Positions 51,212 to 62,464 of a stretch of 64,000 nt of DNA are shown piece by piece. The position numbers were made by a program, and so were the translations under genes. Under the pieces are notes generated by a model, which saw nothing but the letters and a program-made list of their open reading frames with translations, was not told where the DNA came from and ran no database searches. The stretch is from Acidobacteriota bacterium (GTDB taxonomy: Bacteria; Acidobacteriota; UBA890), in the NCBI GenBank assembly GCA_965216935.1, contig OZ244217.1:3488279-3552278 (forward strand), given 5' to 3'. How positions within the stretch are numbered: the first letter of the stretch is position 1; the number at the start of each line of letters is the position of its first letter.

Positions 51212-52726
51212 TCACGAGGGCGCGCTCACGAACAGATCACGCAGGGGCGGCTTGGTGACCTTCCCCATCGCGTTGCGAGGAAGGGCGGGCACCACGATTG
51301 TCTGTTTCGGAACCTTGTACGCTGCCATCCGCTCCTTGCACCAGCTACGCAGCGAGCCCACGTCGAGGCTCGCTCCGCCGGTCAGGACCAACGCGGCGCA
51401 GACCCTCTCTCCCCACTCTTCATCGGGGACGCCGACAACCGCAACATCATCGATCTCGGGACGCTGCCGAAGCCACGCCTCGATCTCGACCGCCGACACC
51501 TTGTAGCCGCCCGTCTTGATGATATCCACGCTGCGCCGACCGAGAATACGCCAGTAGCCGTCGTCCAGGGCGGCCTCGTCCCCCGTTCGAAACCAACCGT
51601 CCTCCCGAAACGCCTTTCGCGTCTCTTCGGGGCGGCACCAATACTCGCGAAAGACCTGCGGGCCTCGCACCTCGAGCTCACCCTGCTCTCCCTCGGCGAG
51701 GGGGCTCCCCTCCTCGTCGACGGTGCGCACTTCGACCCCCGGAAAGGGCTGGCCGACGGTTCCGGCGCGCCGCTCTCCGTGCAGGGGGTTTCCGAGCGCC
51801 ATGCCGATCTCGGTCATACCGTAGCGCTCCAGCAGGCGATGCCCGGTAATCTGTTCCCAGCGCTCGAGCAGCGGAACCGGGAGAGCGGCCGAGCCCGAGA
51901 TCATCAGCCGGACGGCGCGCGCGCCGGACGACCACCGCTTCCGCTCCTGCTCCCCGGCCTGTTCCCAGGCATCGACCATTCGCCGGTAGATCGTCGGCAC
52001 GGCCATGAACAAGGTCACCTCCCCGCTCGACAGACGCTCCCACACCGACGGCGGCTGCGGCGGCGAGAACTCACAGCACGCCCCCGCCCAGAGCGCGCAG
52101 GACATGGCGTTGATGATCCCGTGTATGTGGTGCAGCGGCAGCACGTGCAACACCCGATCGTCGGGGGTCCACTCCCACGAAGCGACGAGCGTGGCGATCT
52201 GCGCCTGGACATTCCCGTGCGTCGTGACCACCGCCTTGGGCGCTCCGGTCGTGCCGCTCGTATACACCATGAGCGCGGCCCTGCAGGTGTCGATTCGCGG
52301 AAGCGGCCCCTCCCGCTCACCGTTCTCAGCACCGTCGATGGACTCGACGTCGATCACCTCGATGTCGTCGGCACCGGCGATACGCACGGCATCGAGGACA
52401 CGCTCACGGTGCTGCTCGTCGGCGATCAGATACCGGGGCCGGGCATCGACCAGGAGACGGGCGAGCTCGGGTGCCGGGTGGGACTCCGCCAGCGGCACGG
52501 CGACGCCTCCGGCGCGCCAGATCGCCCATTGGGTGGCAACGTGATCGAAGCCGGGAGCCTGCAGAAAGACAACGCGCGATGCTGCGAGGTCCACTTCGCC
52601 GCCGAGAAGGTCGGTCGCCCGCATCGCGGAGAGCCGCAGCAGGTCCTCGTAGCGATACTGACCGCTTGCATCGCAGACGGCGGTGCGTCCCGCGGCTCGC
52701 CGCGCTCGCTCAATCTGCTCGAGCAT
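51212..52726 (-). CDS. Acyl-CoA synthetase, MatB/ACSF3 (malonyl-CoA synthetase)-like
   Basis: YTSGTTGAPK, LPLHHIHG, LERYGMTE, GWFRTGD; start uncertain (52726 or up to 52804). Confidence 0.85.
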   Translation of the reverse strand: MLEQIERARRAAGRTAVCDASGQYRYEDLLRLSAMRATDLLGGEVDLAASRVVFLQAPGFDHVATQWAIWRAGGVAVPLAESHPAPELARLLVDARPRYLIADEQHRERVLDAVRIAGADDIEVIDVESIDGAENGEREGPLPRIDTCRAALMVYTSGTTGAPKAVVTTHGNVQAQIATLVASWEWTPDDRVLHVLPLHHIHGIINAMSCALWAGACCEFSPPQPPSVWERLSSGEVTLFMAVPTIYRRMVDAWEQAGEQERKRWSSGARAVRLMISGSAALPVPLLERWEQITGHRLLERYGMTEIGMALGNPLHGERRAGTVGQPFPGVEVRTVDEEGSPLAEGEQGELEVRGPQVFREYWCRPEETRKAFREDGWFRTGDEAALDDGYWRILGRRSVDIIKTGGYKVSAVEIEAWLRQRPEIDDVAVVGVPDEEWGERVCAALVLTGGASLDVGSLRSWCKERMAAYKVPKQTIVVPALPRNAMGKVTKPPLRDLFVSAPS

Positions 52727-52845
52727 CGGGAACCGGTCTCTTGGCTGGCGGGGTTTCACGCGAGGCGACGCCTGCTCGGCGACGGTGGCAGTGCATCGCG
52801 CCATGGTGCCACGGATAGGGCGCGGTCGAATTGCTTGACGCCACT

Positions 52846-52868
52846 ACTATAGTTGCGGTACTTATAGT
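52846..52868. promoter_or_regulatory. Candidate PadR operator
   Basis: AT-rich inverted repeat ACTATA-N11-TATAGT between a TTGACG hexamer (52835-52840) and the padR ATG. Confidence 0.5.
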
Positions 52869-52872
52869 TTCC

Positions 52873-53223
52873 ATGAGCACGAAATCCATCGACGAGCATC
52901 TGCCCCTCGGCGACCTCACCTTCCAGATCCTTCTCGCCCTCGGTGAGCAACCGTCGCACGGATACGCCATCGGGCGCGAGATCGAGGAGCGGACCGGTGG
53001 TCGTCTTCGACCCACGACCGGGGCGCTATACCAGGCCCTCAAACGACTCCGTGACGAAGGCCTCGTGGCGCCCGATACCGACGCTGCGGCCTCATCGCCC
53101 GACGCCCGACGCAAGTACTTCCGGCTCACCGAGCTCGGGCGGCAGGTCACAGCCGCGGAGGCTCGCCGCCTGGACGGGCTCGTTGCAACGGCCCGGGCCC
53201 GGCACCTTTTCGAGCGGACATGA
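52873..53223 (+). CDS. PadR-family transcriptional regulator
   Basis: ILLAL...HGYAI, GALYQALKRL, RRKYFRLTELG. Confidence 0.92.
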   Translation: MSTKSIDEHLPLGDLTFQILLALGEQPSHGYAIGREIEERTGGRLRPTTGALYQALKRLRDEGLVAPDTDAAASSPDARRKYFRLTELGRQVTAAEARRLDGLVATARARHLFERT

Positions 53224-55937
53224 GCACGATATCTCGCGCCACGCGCCCCTTGCTCGTCGGCGTGTACGCCGCCGCGCTGCGCCTGCTGCCGCGCGAGAGT
53301 CGCCTCGAGTACGCCCCGGCGATGCTCGAGACGTTCACGCGCCGAGCGACCGATCTGCGCGGCGGGATCGTCGTCCACGCTGCCTTCTTGCTACGCGAGC
53401 TCCTCGGCCTGACGCGCCTCCGCGGCTGGAGGACACGGCCTGAGTCGACGCCCGCCGTCGGCCCGCCGAATCGAGGCACCCCCGGCCCGGCCCGTCGAGC
53501 CATGAGCTGGCCGACCGACCTGCGCCATGCCTTCCGGCGACTCCGGCGGGTCCCGGTATTCACTGCCGCGACCGTCATCACGCTGGCCCTTGCCGCCGGG
53601 GGCGCCACCGCGATCTTCAGCGTCGTGCATTCGATTCTCCTCTCCCCCCTTCCCTATCCCGATGCCCACCGACTGGTGGCGATCCGGACCGCGGCGCCCA
53701 GCGCCGGGGTCGACGACATGGAGATGACCATCGGTCTGTACCTCCAGTATCGCGAGCACGTGGACTCGTTCGCCTCCATCGCGCTCTACGATCGCGTCTA
53801 CCGGAACCTCACCGCGGATGGCGAGCCGGAGCGACTCGAGACGATCCAGGCAACCGACGATTTCTTCGCCACCCTGGGTGTCGAAGCCGCCCTGGGGCGG
53901 ACGCTCGGCGCAGTGGACACCGCGGCGGATGCCGAGTCGGTCGTCGTGCTCTCGAATTCGTTGTGGCGCTCACGTTACGGGGCAGACCAATCCGTGATCG
54001 GTCGCACCCTGCTGCTGGACGATCATCCGTTCACCGTGGTGGGCGTCATGCCGGCGGGCTTCGACTTCCCTCGCCCCGGTACCGACGCCTGGACCGCCTG
54101 GCACATCGACCCGGGAAACCTGCCCCTGGTGTCGTTCAGCTTCGATGCGGTGGCGCGGCTGGCGAACGGCGCCACGATCGACAGCACGGGGGCGGAGCTG
54201 CAGCGTGCGATTTCCACCTTTCCGGAGGCCTTCGGCTGGGATCGTGCCGAATGGGAGCGCATGGGCCTGGTCGGGTTTGTCCGCGATCTGAAGGCCCAGA
54301 CCGTCGGTGAAGTCGGCTCGACGCTGTGGCTGTTTGCCGGCGCCGGCCTCCTGGTTCTGCTGCTTGCCTGGGCCAACGTGGCGAACCTTTTTCTGGTTCG
54401 TGCCGAGGCGCGCGTCGGCGAGGCCCGTATCCGCCGGGCTCTGGGGGCGTCTCGCGGGCAGCTCGTGAGGTACTGGATGGCCGAGGGCCTCTGGATCGCG
54501 CTGCTTGCGGCGCTCCTAGGACTGGCGCTCGCGACGGCCGGAATCGACGCTATCGCCGAGCTTGCCCCCGATCTTCCTCGCGTGGGCACAGTCGGCATCT
54601 CCGGGCCGACAATGGCGTTCACCGCGCTTCTTACGCTCTTCGCCTCCCTGGTATTCGGCTCGGTGCCGCTGCTCGGTGGCGAGCGGGCTTCCGTCGACCG
54701 GAGGACGACGGCCGGGGTGGCCGCGCGGCGCCATCGCGAGATCCTGGTCGGCGTGCAGGTGGCGATGGCGCTCACCCTGTCGATCGGCGCGGCACTGATG
54801 CTGCAAAGCGTGAGCGGGATGATGTCGGCCGACCCCGGCTTCGACCGGAGCGACGTGCTGACGTTTCGCATCTCCCTGCCGAGCGCCGGCTATCCCGACC
54901 GCGAGGCGGCTGCCCGACTTCATCAGAGCCTCGTCGATCGGTTGACCGCCCTGCCGGGAATCGACCGTGCCGGGATCGCTCGGTGCCTGCCGCTGCAGGG
55001 CTGGTGCGGCGGGAATCCGGTTTCGAGCCCCGACTCGCCGCTGCCCGAAGAGGCCTTCCGCGACGTCGTCTCGGTGAAGCCCGTGAGTACCGGCTATTTC
55101 GAGACGCTGCGGATTCCGCTGCTCGCCGGCCGGTCGTTCCACCGCACCGATCAGTCTCTGCGCAACGGCGCAGCGGTCGTCAGCGAAGCGCTGGCAGCTC
55201 GCTTGTTCCCCGGCGAATCGCCGGCCGAGGTTCTCGGCAAACGGGTATCCCCTCAATCCGATCCGGGCGTGGACGCCTGGTACACGATCGTCGGCGTCGC
55301 CGCCTCGGTGCAGCGATCCCGCATCGCGGAGCCCGCGGCGGAGATGCTCTACGTGCCCCTTCTCGGGATCGGTAACGATCAGCACCTCGCGCCGATCCGT
55401 GACGTCATCGTTGCAATGCGCACGGACGGCCCGCCGCTGGCCGCCATCGACATGGCTCGCGCGGCGATACGAGACCTGGACGCAAACATCCCGCTGGCAC
55501 GGATCCGCACCCTCGCCGACATTCACGCCGCCGCCTCCGCCCGCAGCCGCCTCACGTCGCTGTTGCTGGCGCTCGCCGCCGGAACCGGCCTGCTGCTCGG
55601 AGCGATCGGCATATATGGTGTCGTCTCCGGGGCGGCGCGCCAGCGCACAGCCGAGTTCGGCGTGCGCGCGGCGCTCGGGGCCCGCGCCGCCGACCTTCTT
55701 CGCATGGTCATGGCCCGCGGCCTGGCGGTGATCGCAACCGGGGTGGTCGCCGGTGTGATCGCCAGCCTGGCGGCGGGCCGGTTCGTCGCCTCGATGCTCT
55801 ACGAGGTCGAGGCCAACGATCCGGCGACGTTCATCGGCGTGATTACGCTCTTGAGCGCCATCGGCGCCCTGGCGACCTGGTTGCCGGCCCGCCGCGCCGC
55901 CCGCATCGATCCCGTCGAGGCGCTCCGCTCGCGCTAG
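53220..55937 (+). CDS. Duplicated MacB/FtsX-like ABC permease (ADOP-type)
   Basis: DLRHAFRRL..P.F, NVANLFL.R, RRALGA and RAALGA in both halves, PARRAARIDPVEALR; coupled to PadR with no ATPase gene nearby. Confidence 0.9.
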   Translation: MSTISRATRPLLVGVYAAALRLLPRESRLEYAPAMLETFTRRATDLRGGIVVHAAFLLRELLGLTRLRGWRTRPESTPAVGPPNRGTPGPARRAMSWPTDLRHAFRRLRRVPVFTAATVITLALAAGGATAIFSVVHSILLSPLPYPDAHRLVAIRTAAPSAGVDDMEMTIGLYLQYREHVDSFASIALYDRVYRNLTADGEPERLETIQATDDFFATLGVEAALGRTLGAVDTAADAESVVVLSNSLWRSRYGADQSVIGRTLLLDDHPFTVVGVMPAGFDFPRPGTDAWTAWHIDPGNLPLVSFSFDAVARLANGATIDSTGAELQRAISTFPEAFGWDRAEWERMGLVGFVRDLKAQTVGEVGSTLWLFAGAGLLVLLLAWANVANLFLVRAEARVGEARIRRALGASRGQLVRYWMAEGLWIALLAALLGLALATAGIDAIAELAPDLPRVGTVGISGPTMAFTALLTLFASLVFGSVPLLGGERASVDRRTTAGVAARRHREILVGVQVAMALTLSIGAALMLQSVSGMMSADPGFDRSDVLTFRISLPSAGYPDREAAARLHQSLVDRLTALPGIDRAGIARCLPLQGWCGGNPVSSPDSPLPEEAFRDVVSVKPVSTGYFETLRIPLLAGRSFHRTDQSLRNGAAVVSEALAARLFPGESPAEVLGKRVSPQSDPGVDAWYTIVGVAASVQRSRIAEPAAEMLYVPLLGIGNDQHLAPIRDVIVAMRTDGPPLAAIDMARAAIRDLDANIPLARIRTLADIHAAASARSRLTSLLLALAAGTGLLLGAIGIYGVVSGAARQRTAEFGVRAALGARAADLLRMVMARGLAVIATGVVAGVIASLAAGRFVASMLYEVEANDPATFIGVITLLSAIGALATWLPARRAARIDPVEALRSR

Positions 55938-56005
55938 CAGGTCGTGCTGAGCGTGTGGTGAATCGGGCGAAGGGAGATCGCGCCCGAGGACGAGGCGGGC
56001 CGCCG

Positions 56006-57994
56006 TCAGGCGACACCCTGCACCTTTTGACGCTTCAGCTCCTGGATCCGATCCCGGAGCGACGCGGCGCGCTCGAAATCGAGCGCTTCGGCCGCATCGT
56101 GCATTTCCTTGTCGAGTTGCTCGAGCTTGCGCTCCAGCGCCTCTTCGCTGAGCAACAACGCTGTATCGACCTCCGAGAGGTCGACGTAGTCCTTGCCGAA
56201 GAACTCGCCGAAGGCGTCCGAGATCCTGCTGACCACCGTCTCGGGCGTGATTCCGTTGTCGTCGTTGTACGCCGCCTGCAGCGACCGCCGGCGCGCCGTC
56301 TCGTCCATCGCCTCGCCCATCGAGCGGGTGACCTTGTCGGCGTAGAGAATGACCCGGCCCTCGACGTTTCGCGCCGCGCGGCCGGCCGTCTGAACGAGCG
56401 ACGTCGTCGAGCGAAGGAAGCCTTCCTTGTCCGCGTCGAGCACCGCCACCAGGGTGACCTCGGGAAGATCGAGCCCCTCGCGGAGCAGGTTCACGCCGAC
56501 CAGCACGTCGAAGTCTCCGGCGCGGAAATCGCGCAACAGCTTCACCCGGTCCAGCGTATCGACATCGGCGTGCAGGTAACGCACCCGCACCGAGAGGTCG
56601 CGGTAATAGGAGGTCAGCTCCTCGGCCATCCTCTTGGTGAGCGTCGTGACCAGGACGCGCTCGCCACGGGTGGCGCGCTGCCTCACCTCATCCAGCAAGT
56701 CGTCGACCTGGCCGCGGGCCGGCCTGACCTCGATCTCGGGATCGGTCAGCCCGGTGGGACGAATCACTTGCTCGACGACGACCCCGCCGGAGCACTCCAG
56801 CTCGTAATCTCCGGGGGTTGCCGAGACGTATACGGTCTGCTCGACCAGGTCCTCGAACTCACCGAACGTCAGCGGCCGGTTGTCGAGGGCGGACGGCAGG
56901 CGGAAACCGTGCTCGACCAGGTTCAGCTTGCGGGAGCGGTCACCCTCGTACATTCCGCGCAGCTGCGGCACCGTCATGTGGCTCTCGTCGATCACCACCA
57001 TGTAGTTGGACGGCATGTACTCGATGAGTGTCGGCGGCGGCTCCCCGGCCGCCCTCCCGGTGATATGGCGCGAGTAGTTCTCGATGCCGTGGCAATAGCC
57101 GATGGTCCGCATCATCTCGAGGTCGAAGCTGGTGCGCTGGTGCAGGCGTTGGGCTTCCAACAGCTTACCCTCCTCCTGCAGCACTCCGAGGTGCTCGTCG
57201 AGCTCGGCCTTGATCGTCTCGATCGCTTCCACCCGGCCCTCGCTGGTCGTCACATAGTGGGAGCCGGGATACAGCGAGATGCTGTCGAAGCTCTCCTCGA
57301 CGTCGCCGAACAGCGGGTCGATCGTGGAAAGCTCGACGATCACGTCGTCCTCGAGCACCACCCGCAGGGCATCCTGTCCGTACGCCGGAAAGATCTCGAT
57401 GTCGTTGCCGCGCACGCGGAACTTGCCGCGCTCCAGCTCGCCCGAAGTGCGGGTGTAGTGAACCTCGACGAGACGGCGGAGGAGCTTCTGCCGCAGGAAC
57501 CTGTCGCCCACCGCCAGCGGAACCAGCATGCCGTAGTACGCCTCGGGCGAGCCCAGGCCGTAGATGCAGGAAACCGACGCGACGATCAAGACGTCGCGAC
57601 GCTCGAACAGTGCCCGCGTCGCCGAGTGACGCAGGCGGTCGATCTCCTCGTTGATCAGCGTTTCCTTGGCGATGTAGGTGTCGGTCGACGGGATGTACGC
57701 CTCGGGCTGGTAGTAGTCGTAGTACGAGACGAAGTACTCCACCGCGTTGTTCGGGAAAAAGGCCTTGAACTCCTGGTAGAGCTGCGCCGCCAGCGTCTTG
57801 TTGTGGGCAATCACCAGCGTCGGCCGTTGGACCTCCTCGATGACCTTGGCGATCGTGAAGGTCTTCCCCGACCCGGTCACACCGAGCAGAACCTGATGCT
57901 CCTGCCCGCCATCGAGCCCGTCGACGAGGTGTCGAATCGCTTCCGGTTGGTCCCCCTGGGGATCGAACGCCGACTCGACGACGAAACGGCTCAC
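56006..57994 (-). CDS. uvrB: Excinuclease ABC subunit B
   Basis: [38 protein letters not shown]. Confidence 0.98.
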   Translation of the reverse strand: MSRFVVESAFDPQGDQPEAIRHLVDGLDGGQEHQVLLGVTGSGKTFTIAKVIEEVQRPTLVIAHNKTLAAQLYQEFKAFFPNNAVEYFVSYYDYYQPEAYIPSTDTYIAKETLINEEIDRLRHSATRALFERRDVLIVASVSCIYGLGSPEAYYGMLVPLAVGDRFLRQKLLRRLVEVHYTRTSGELERGKFRVRGNDIEIFPAYGQDALRVVLEDDVIVELSTIDPLFGDVEESFDSISLYPGSHYVTTSEGRVEAIETIKAELDEHLGVLQEEGKLLEAQRLHQRTSFDLEMMRTIGYCHGIENYSRHITGRAAGEPPPTLIEYMPSNYMVVIDESHMTVPQLRGMYEGDRSRKLNLVEHGFRLPSALDNRPLTFGEFEDLVEQTVYVSATPGDYELECSGGVVVEQVIRPTGLTDPEIEVRPARGQVDDLLDEVRQRATRGERVLVTTLTKRMAEELTSYYRDLSVRVRYLHADVDTLDRVKLLRDFRAGDFDVLVGVNLLREGLDLPEVTLVAVLDADKEGFLRSTTSLVQTAGRAARNVEGRVILYADKVTRSMGEAMDETARRRSLQAAYNDDNGITPETVVSRISDAFGEFFGKDYVDLSEVDTALLLSEEALERKLEQLDKEMHDAAEALDFERAASLRDRIQELKRQKVQGVA

Positions 57995-59169
57995 GCCAGC
58001 TCGCCGAACGCGGCCGCCATCCGGTCGAGGGCTTCCTCCAAACGAGACATCTCGACGGCGAAGGACAGCCGCAGGTAGCCATCCCGGCCGAACGCCGTCC
58101 CCGGCACGGTGACCACTCCGGCCGCGTCGATGACGTGGGTAGCGAGGTCACTGGAATTCCCGATCGCATCCGTGTACAGCTCGGACACGTTGGGAAATGC
58201 GTAGAACGCGCCCATCGGGGAGCCGCAGCTGACCCCCGGCATCGACGAGAGGCCCTGCAGCACCTTCTCGCGCCGCTCGGTGAATGCGGCGAGCATCTCG
58301 GCGAACTCCGGCTGCTCCTCGGTGAGCGCGTCGAGAACGGCCCACTGGCTGATCGAAGTCGGGTTGCTGGTGAGGTGGCTCTGCAACCGAGCCATTGCCT
58401 TGATGAGCTCACGCGGCCCCGCCGCCCAGCCGATGCGCCAACCGGTCATCGCCCACGTCTTGGAGCAGGAGCCGATCATCAAGGTCACCTTCTTCGCTTC
58501 CGGGCCGAGGTTCAGCGGCGAGCCGTGCACCGCGCCGTCATAGAGGAAGCGGTCGTAGGTTTCATCGAAGACGATCACCAGATCCCGGTCGAGCGCAACG
58601 CGGGCGATGTTCTCCAGCTCGTCGGGCGGGATCACCGCGCCCGTCGGGTTGCTCGGGGTGTTCAGGATGATCGCCTTCGTGCGATCGGTGCACGCCGCGT
58701 CGATGTCGGCCGCACGCGCAATGAAACCGTCCGCCTCGTCGGTGTCGACGAACACCGGCCGCCCTCCGGCGATCCGCACTTGCTCCGGAAACGACACCCA
58801 GTACGGCGTCGGAATGACGACCTCGTCGCCGTCTTCGACGAGAGCCTGGAAGGCGGCATACAGGGCGTGCTTGCCACCACACGTAACGATCGTCTCGTCG
58901 CGGCTGTAGTCGATGCCGTATTGCCCTGCGTAGTGGGCGGCGATCGCGTCGCGCAGCTCCGGAATCCCGGGGCCCGGTGTGTATCGGGTCTTGCCTTCCT
59001 CGATGGCGCGGATGCCGGCGGCAGAGATACTAGCCGGGGTGCCGAAGTCGGGCTGGCCCGGTCCCAAGTCGATGACATCGACCCCCTGCTCCCGGAGCCG
59101 CGCCGCCTTTTCGGCTGCGGCCAGTGTGGCCGAGGGGCTGATCTGGGCCAATCTCTTGACGATTTCCAT
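57991..59169 (-). CDS. PLP-dependent aminotransferase class I/II (AspC-like)
   Basis: [24 protein letters not shown]. Confidence 0.93.
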   Translation of the reverse strand: MEIVKRLAQISPSATLAAAEKAARLREQGVDVIDLGPGQPDFGTPASISAAGIRAIEEGKTRYTPGPGIPELRDAIAAHYAGQYGIDYSRDETIVTCGGKHALYAAFQALVEDGDEVVIPTPYWVSFPEQVRIAGGRPVFVDTDEADGFIARAADIDAACTDRTKAIILNTPSNPTGAVIPPDELENIARVALDRDLVIVFDETYDRFLYDGAVHGSPLNLGPEAKKVTLMIGSCSKTWAMTGWRIGWAAGPRELIKAMARLQSHLTSNPTSISQWAVLDALTEEQPEFAEMLAAFTERREKVLQGLSSMPGVSCGSPMGAFYAFPNVSELYTDAIGNSSDLATHVIDAAGVVTVPGTAFGRDGYLRLSFAVEMSRLEEALDRMAAAFGELA

Positions 59170-59257
59170 GCCGATCGATTCCTTCCCTATTCCGTGTTCT
59201 TGCGCGGGGCCGAGACCCTACCGGGGAAACCCGCCGCGCCGCTCGGCGCCCCTCGGG

Positions 59258-59740
59258 TCATTCTGCGATCTTCGCCGCCAGCCGTGCCTCGACTTCCGGC
59301 GGAACCAGTCCGTCGATCGAGCCGCCAAGCGAGAACACCTCCTTGACCAAGCTCGATGAGACAAAGGTGAATTCTTCGTGCGGGACCATGAACAGCGTCT
59401 CGATCTGCGACTTCAGCCGCCGGTTCATCAACGCCATCTGCAACTCGTACTCGAAATCGGTCGGCGCCCTCAGTCCGCGGATGATCGCCTGCGCCCCGCA
59501 CTTCTCGGCGAAATCCACCAGCAACCCATCGAACGCCTGAACAGTGATATCGGGATCGTTTCGGTACAACTCTTCGATCATCTCGAGCCGCTCGGCGACC
59601 GTGAACATCGGGTCCTTCTGCGGATTGCGCAAGATGCCGATATGAACCTTGGCGAAGATCGCCTTGGAGCGTTCCACGATGTCGGTGTGCCCATTCGTCA
59701 TCGGGTCGAATGAGCCCGGGTAAACGGCGACGCGCTCCAT
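59258..59740 (-). CDS. coaD: Phosphopantetheine adenylyltransferase
   Basis: YPGSFDPMTNGH, RGLR..TDFEYELQMA, SSSLVKE. Confidence 0.97.
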   Translation of the reverse strand: MERVAVYPGSFDPMTNGHTDIVERSKAIFAKVHIGILRNPQKDPMFTVAERLEMIEELYRNDPDITVQAFDGLLVDFAEKCGAQAIIRGLRAPTDFEYELQMALMNRRLKSQIETLFMVPHEEFTFVSSSLVKEVFSLGGSIDGLVPPEVEARLAAKIAE

Positions 59741-59792
59741 GATGGTCTCCGCGCGTTTCGGCTGGATCGGATCCCGGAAGCACCGGGGCGGC

Positions 59793-60356
59793 CTACGAGT
59801 CCGTCAGTATACCGAAGAACGAGAACGAAGTATCGCCGACGCGGAGCACCCGGATGGGCATCCAGCCGGTCGGCGGATCGGGTACGGAGCCGGTCCGATG
59901 CTCGATGATCGCGATTCCCCCCGCTGCCAGAATCCCCGCCTCCGCCACGTCCCTCAGCAGCCCGCCGGGGTCGGGACGATCGTAGGGCGGATCGGCGAAA
60001 ACCACGTCGAAGGCATCGCCCCTGTCGGCGAGGCGGGCAGCGGCCGCTTTCCACGGTGCGCGAAGGATCTCGGCGATTTCCCCGATACGGCAGATGTCGA
60101 TGTTGTCGGCCAGGATCGCGGCCGTTCGTGCGCGGTTCTCGATGAACACGGCCCGGGCGGCACCGCGACTGATCGCCTCGATTCCCACGGCTCCCGACCC
60201 GGCAAATCCGTCGAGAAACCGAGCCCCTTCCAAACGCGGCGCCAGGACGTTGAAGAGGCTCTCGCGAGCGCGGTCGCTCGTCGGACGCACCGTCTCGGAG
60301 CGGGGCACTTTCAGCCGTCGCCCCTTGCAGCTCCCGGCGATGACACGGACGCTCAT
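59793..60356 (-). CDS. rsmD: 16S rRNA m2G966 methyltransferase
   Basis: RVIAG..KGRRL, RPTSDRARESLFN, FAGSGAVGIEA, DPPY. Confidence 0.95.
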   Translation of the reverse strand: MSVRVIAGSCKGRRLKVPRSETVRPTSDRARESLFNVLAPRLEGARFLDGFAGSGAVGIEAISRGAARAVFIENRARTAAILADNIDICRIGEIAEILRAPWKAAAARLADRGDAFDVVFADPPYDRPDPGGLLRDVAEAGILAAGGIAIIEHRTGSVPDPPTGWMPIRVLRVGDTSFSFFGILTDS

Positions 60357-62464
60357 CCCGCCCCCATCCCGCCGCCAGGTCGCCACCAGAGAGCACGCAC
60401 TCGCCGTCGGAAGGCGGCGCCCTCATCGTCGTCCGCCTGCGCCAATCGGACCGCCTCGACCCGCGTCGCCTCCAGCCAATCGTGGTCGCGGAACGGGTCG
60501 CCGACCCGCAACCCGACGATACCGGCCTGGCGGGTCCCCAGCACTTCGCCGGGCCCCCGCAGCTCCAGATCTTTCTCGGCAATGACGAAGCCGTCGCGGG
60601 TCGACCGGATGGCCTCGAGGCGTTGCGACGCCATCGGCGTGACGGGCTCGTGAGCGACGAAGACGCATCGCGATGGGCTCGCACCTCGGCCCACGCGACC
60701 CCTGAGCTGGTGCAGCTGCGCCAGGCCGAAAGACCCGGCGTGGCCCACGACCATCAGCGTCGCGTTCGGTACGTCGACCCCGACCTCGATCACCGTCGTT
60801 GCCGCCAGCACGTCCACTTCCCCGTTCGCGAATGCGCCCATCACCGCCGATCGCTCGTCCCGCGGCTGCGCCCCGTGCAGCAGGCCGACGCGTGCGTCCG
60901 GCAGCTGCCGCGACAGATCGGCCTGCAAACGAACCGCGGCGGCGAGATCCCCCTCCCCCGCCTCGATATGCGGCGCCACCACGTAGGCCTGCTCTCCGCG
61001 GTTCACGACCTCTCGAAGCATCCGCACCACCCGCGACCATTGGCTGGCCGGGACCACCGTCGACGTCACCGGTTGCCGCCCGGGAGGCGCATCCTCGATG
61101 GCGTGCACGTCGAGGTCTCCGTAGACCGTAAGGGCGAGTGTGCGAGGAATCGGTGTCGCCGTCATCACCAGCAGGTCGGGGGCAGCCTGGCCCTCCGGTC
61201 CCTTGCGCCGCAAGGCGGCACGCTGCCTGACCCCGAATCGGTGCTGCTCGTCGATGATCGCCAGGCGCAGGCAACGGAATTGCACCGACGGCTCGAGGAG
61301 CGCGTGCGTCCCGACCACCAGTGAAGTGTCGCCGCTCTCGATCTTCCGCAGCATCGCGGCGCGCTCGGCCGGCGCCGTGCTTCCGGTGAGGCAACCGATG
61401 CCGACGCCCAACGCTTCGGCCCACGCACCGAGCGAGGAGGCATGCTGCCGGGCGAGAATCTCGGTTGGGGCCATCAACGCGACTTGCTGCCCCGACAGAG
61501 CGATCATTAGCGCGACAGAACCCGCGACCGCCGTCTTGCCGCAGCCGACGTCGCCCTGCAGCAAGCGGTGCATGGGCTGCGGCGCCTTCAAGTCCGCGAG
61601 GATCTGATCGACCGCGGCTCGTTGCCCGCGGGTGAGCGCGAACGGAAGGACGTCGAGAACGCGCTCGAGAACATCGTGCCCGAGATCGGCGGAATCAGCG
61701 CGACGGGTTCCCGCCTCACGTCGCTGCAGGCGCGCGGCGACCTGAAAGCCGAGGAACTCCTCACAGATCAAGCGCCGATGCGCGGCCGACCGAAAGCTGT
61801 TCAGCTCCTGAAGCGCGTCGTCCTCGCCGGGCTCGTGGACGCCGCGCAATGCCGTCCCGCGCCCGATCAGCCCGAGGGTTTCGAGGCTGGCCGGCGGCAG
61901 GACCTCTTCGACCTCGCCGAGGTCTTCGAGAGCGGCGGCGATGAGGCGCCGCAGCACGCCCGGAGACAGATCCCCCACCCGCCGGTAGATCGGCACGAGA
62001 CGACCGACGTGGCGCCCCGCGGAGCTGTCGAACTTCTCGTATACGGGGTTGGCAAGCTGCAGCTTTCCCTTGTGCTCCCCGACTCGACCGAACAGCAGAA
62101 CCACGTCCCCCGTCCCGATGTCATCTGCCACGTAGGGCTGTCCGAACCAGACCACTCTCAGGTCTCCGCTCGGGTCCGATACCGTCGCCTCGGCTCGCCC
62201 CCGCCCACCGCGCCCGACGCGACGACAGCGCCGCACCTCGGCCTTCACGGCACAGTCTTCTCCGGGCCGGGCCTCAGCGACCCGGATCAACCGCGAGCGA
62301 TCTTCATAGCGAAACGGAAGATACAGAAGCAGATCTTCGACCGTCTCGATGCCCGCCCCGGCGAGGAGAGCTGCGCGGCGCGGCCCGACGCCGCGGACAC
62401 GACTGACCGGGGCGGACAGGTACTGCCACCCGCCTGGCTCGCCAACCTCTACAATCGTGTCCAT
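60353..62464 (-). CDS. recG: ATP-dependent DNA helicase RecG
   Basis: LLQGDVGCGKT, DEQHRFG, MTATPIPRTL, QLHQLRGRVGRG; start at ATG 62464 inferred. Confidence 0.96.
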   Translation of the reverse strand: MDTIVEVGEPGGWQYLSAPVSRVRGVGPRRAALLAGAGIETVEDLLLYLPFRYEDRSRLIRVAEARPGEDCAVKAEVRRCRRVGRGGRGRAEATVSDPSGDLRVVWFGQPYVADDIGTGDVVLLFGRVGEHKGKLQLANPVYEKFDSSAGRHVGRLVPIYRRVGDLSPGVLRRLIAAALEDLGEVEEVLPPASLETLGLIGRGTALRGVHEPGEDDALQELNSFRSAAHRRLICEEFLGFQVAARLQRREAGTRRADSADLGHDVLERVLDVLPFALTRGQRAAVDQILADLKAPQPMHRLLQGDVGCGKTAVAGSVALMIALSGQQVALMAPTEILARQHASSLGAWAEALGVGIGCLTGSTAPAERAAMLRKIESGDTSLVVGTHALLEPSVQFRCLRLAIIDEQHRFGVRQRAALRRKGPEGQAAPDLLVMTATPIPRTLALTVYGDLDVHAIEDAPPGRQPVTSTVVPASQWSRVVRMLREVVNRGEQAYVVAPHIEAGEGDLAAAVRLQADLSRQLPDARVGLLHGAQPRDERSAVMGAFANGEVDVLAATTVIEVGVDVPNATLMVVGHAGSFGLAQLHQLRGRVGRGASPSRCVFVAHEPVTPMASQRLEAIRSTRDGFVIAEKDLELRGPGEVLGTRQAGIVGLRVGDPFRDHDWLEATRVEAVRLAQADDDEGAAFRRRVRALWWRPGGGMGAG

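Noticed and set aside
52873-55937. PadR plus orphan permease as a novel system
   Set aside because: This pairing is an already described, expanded acidobacterial family (ADOP with PadR).
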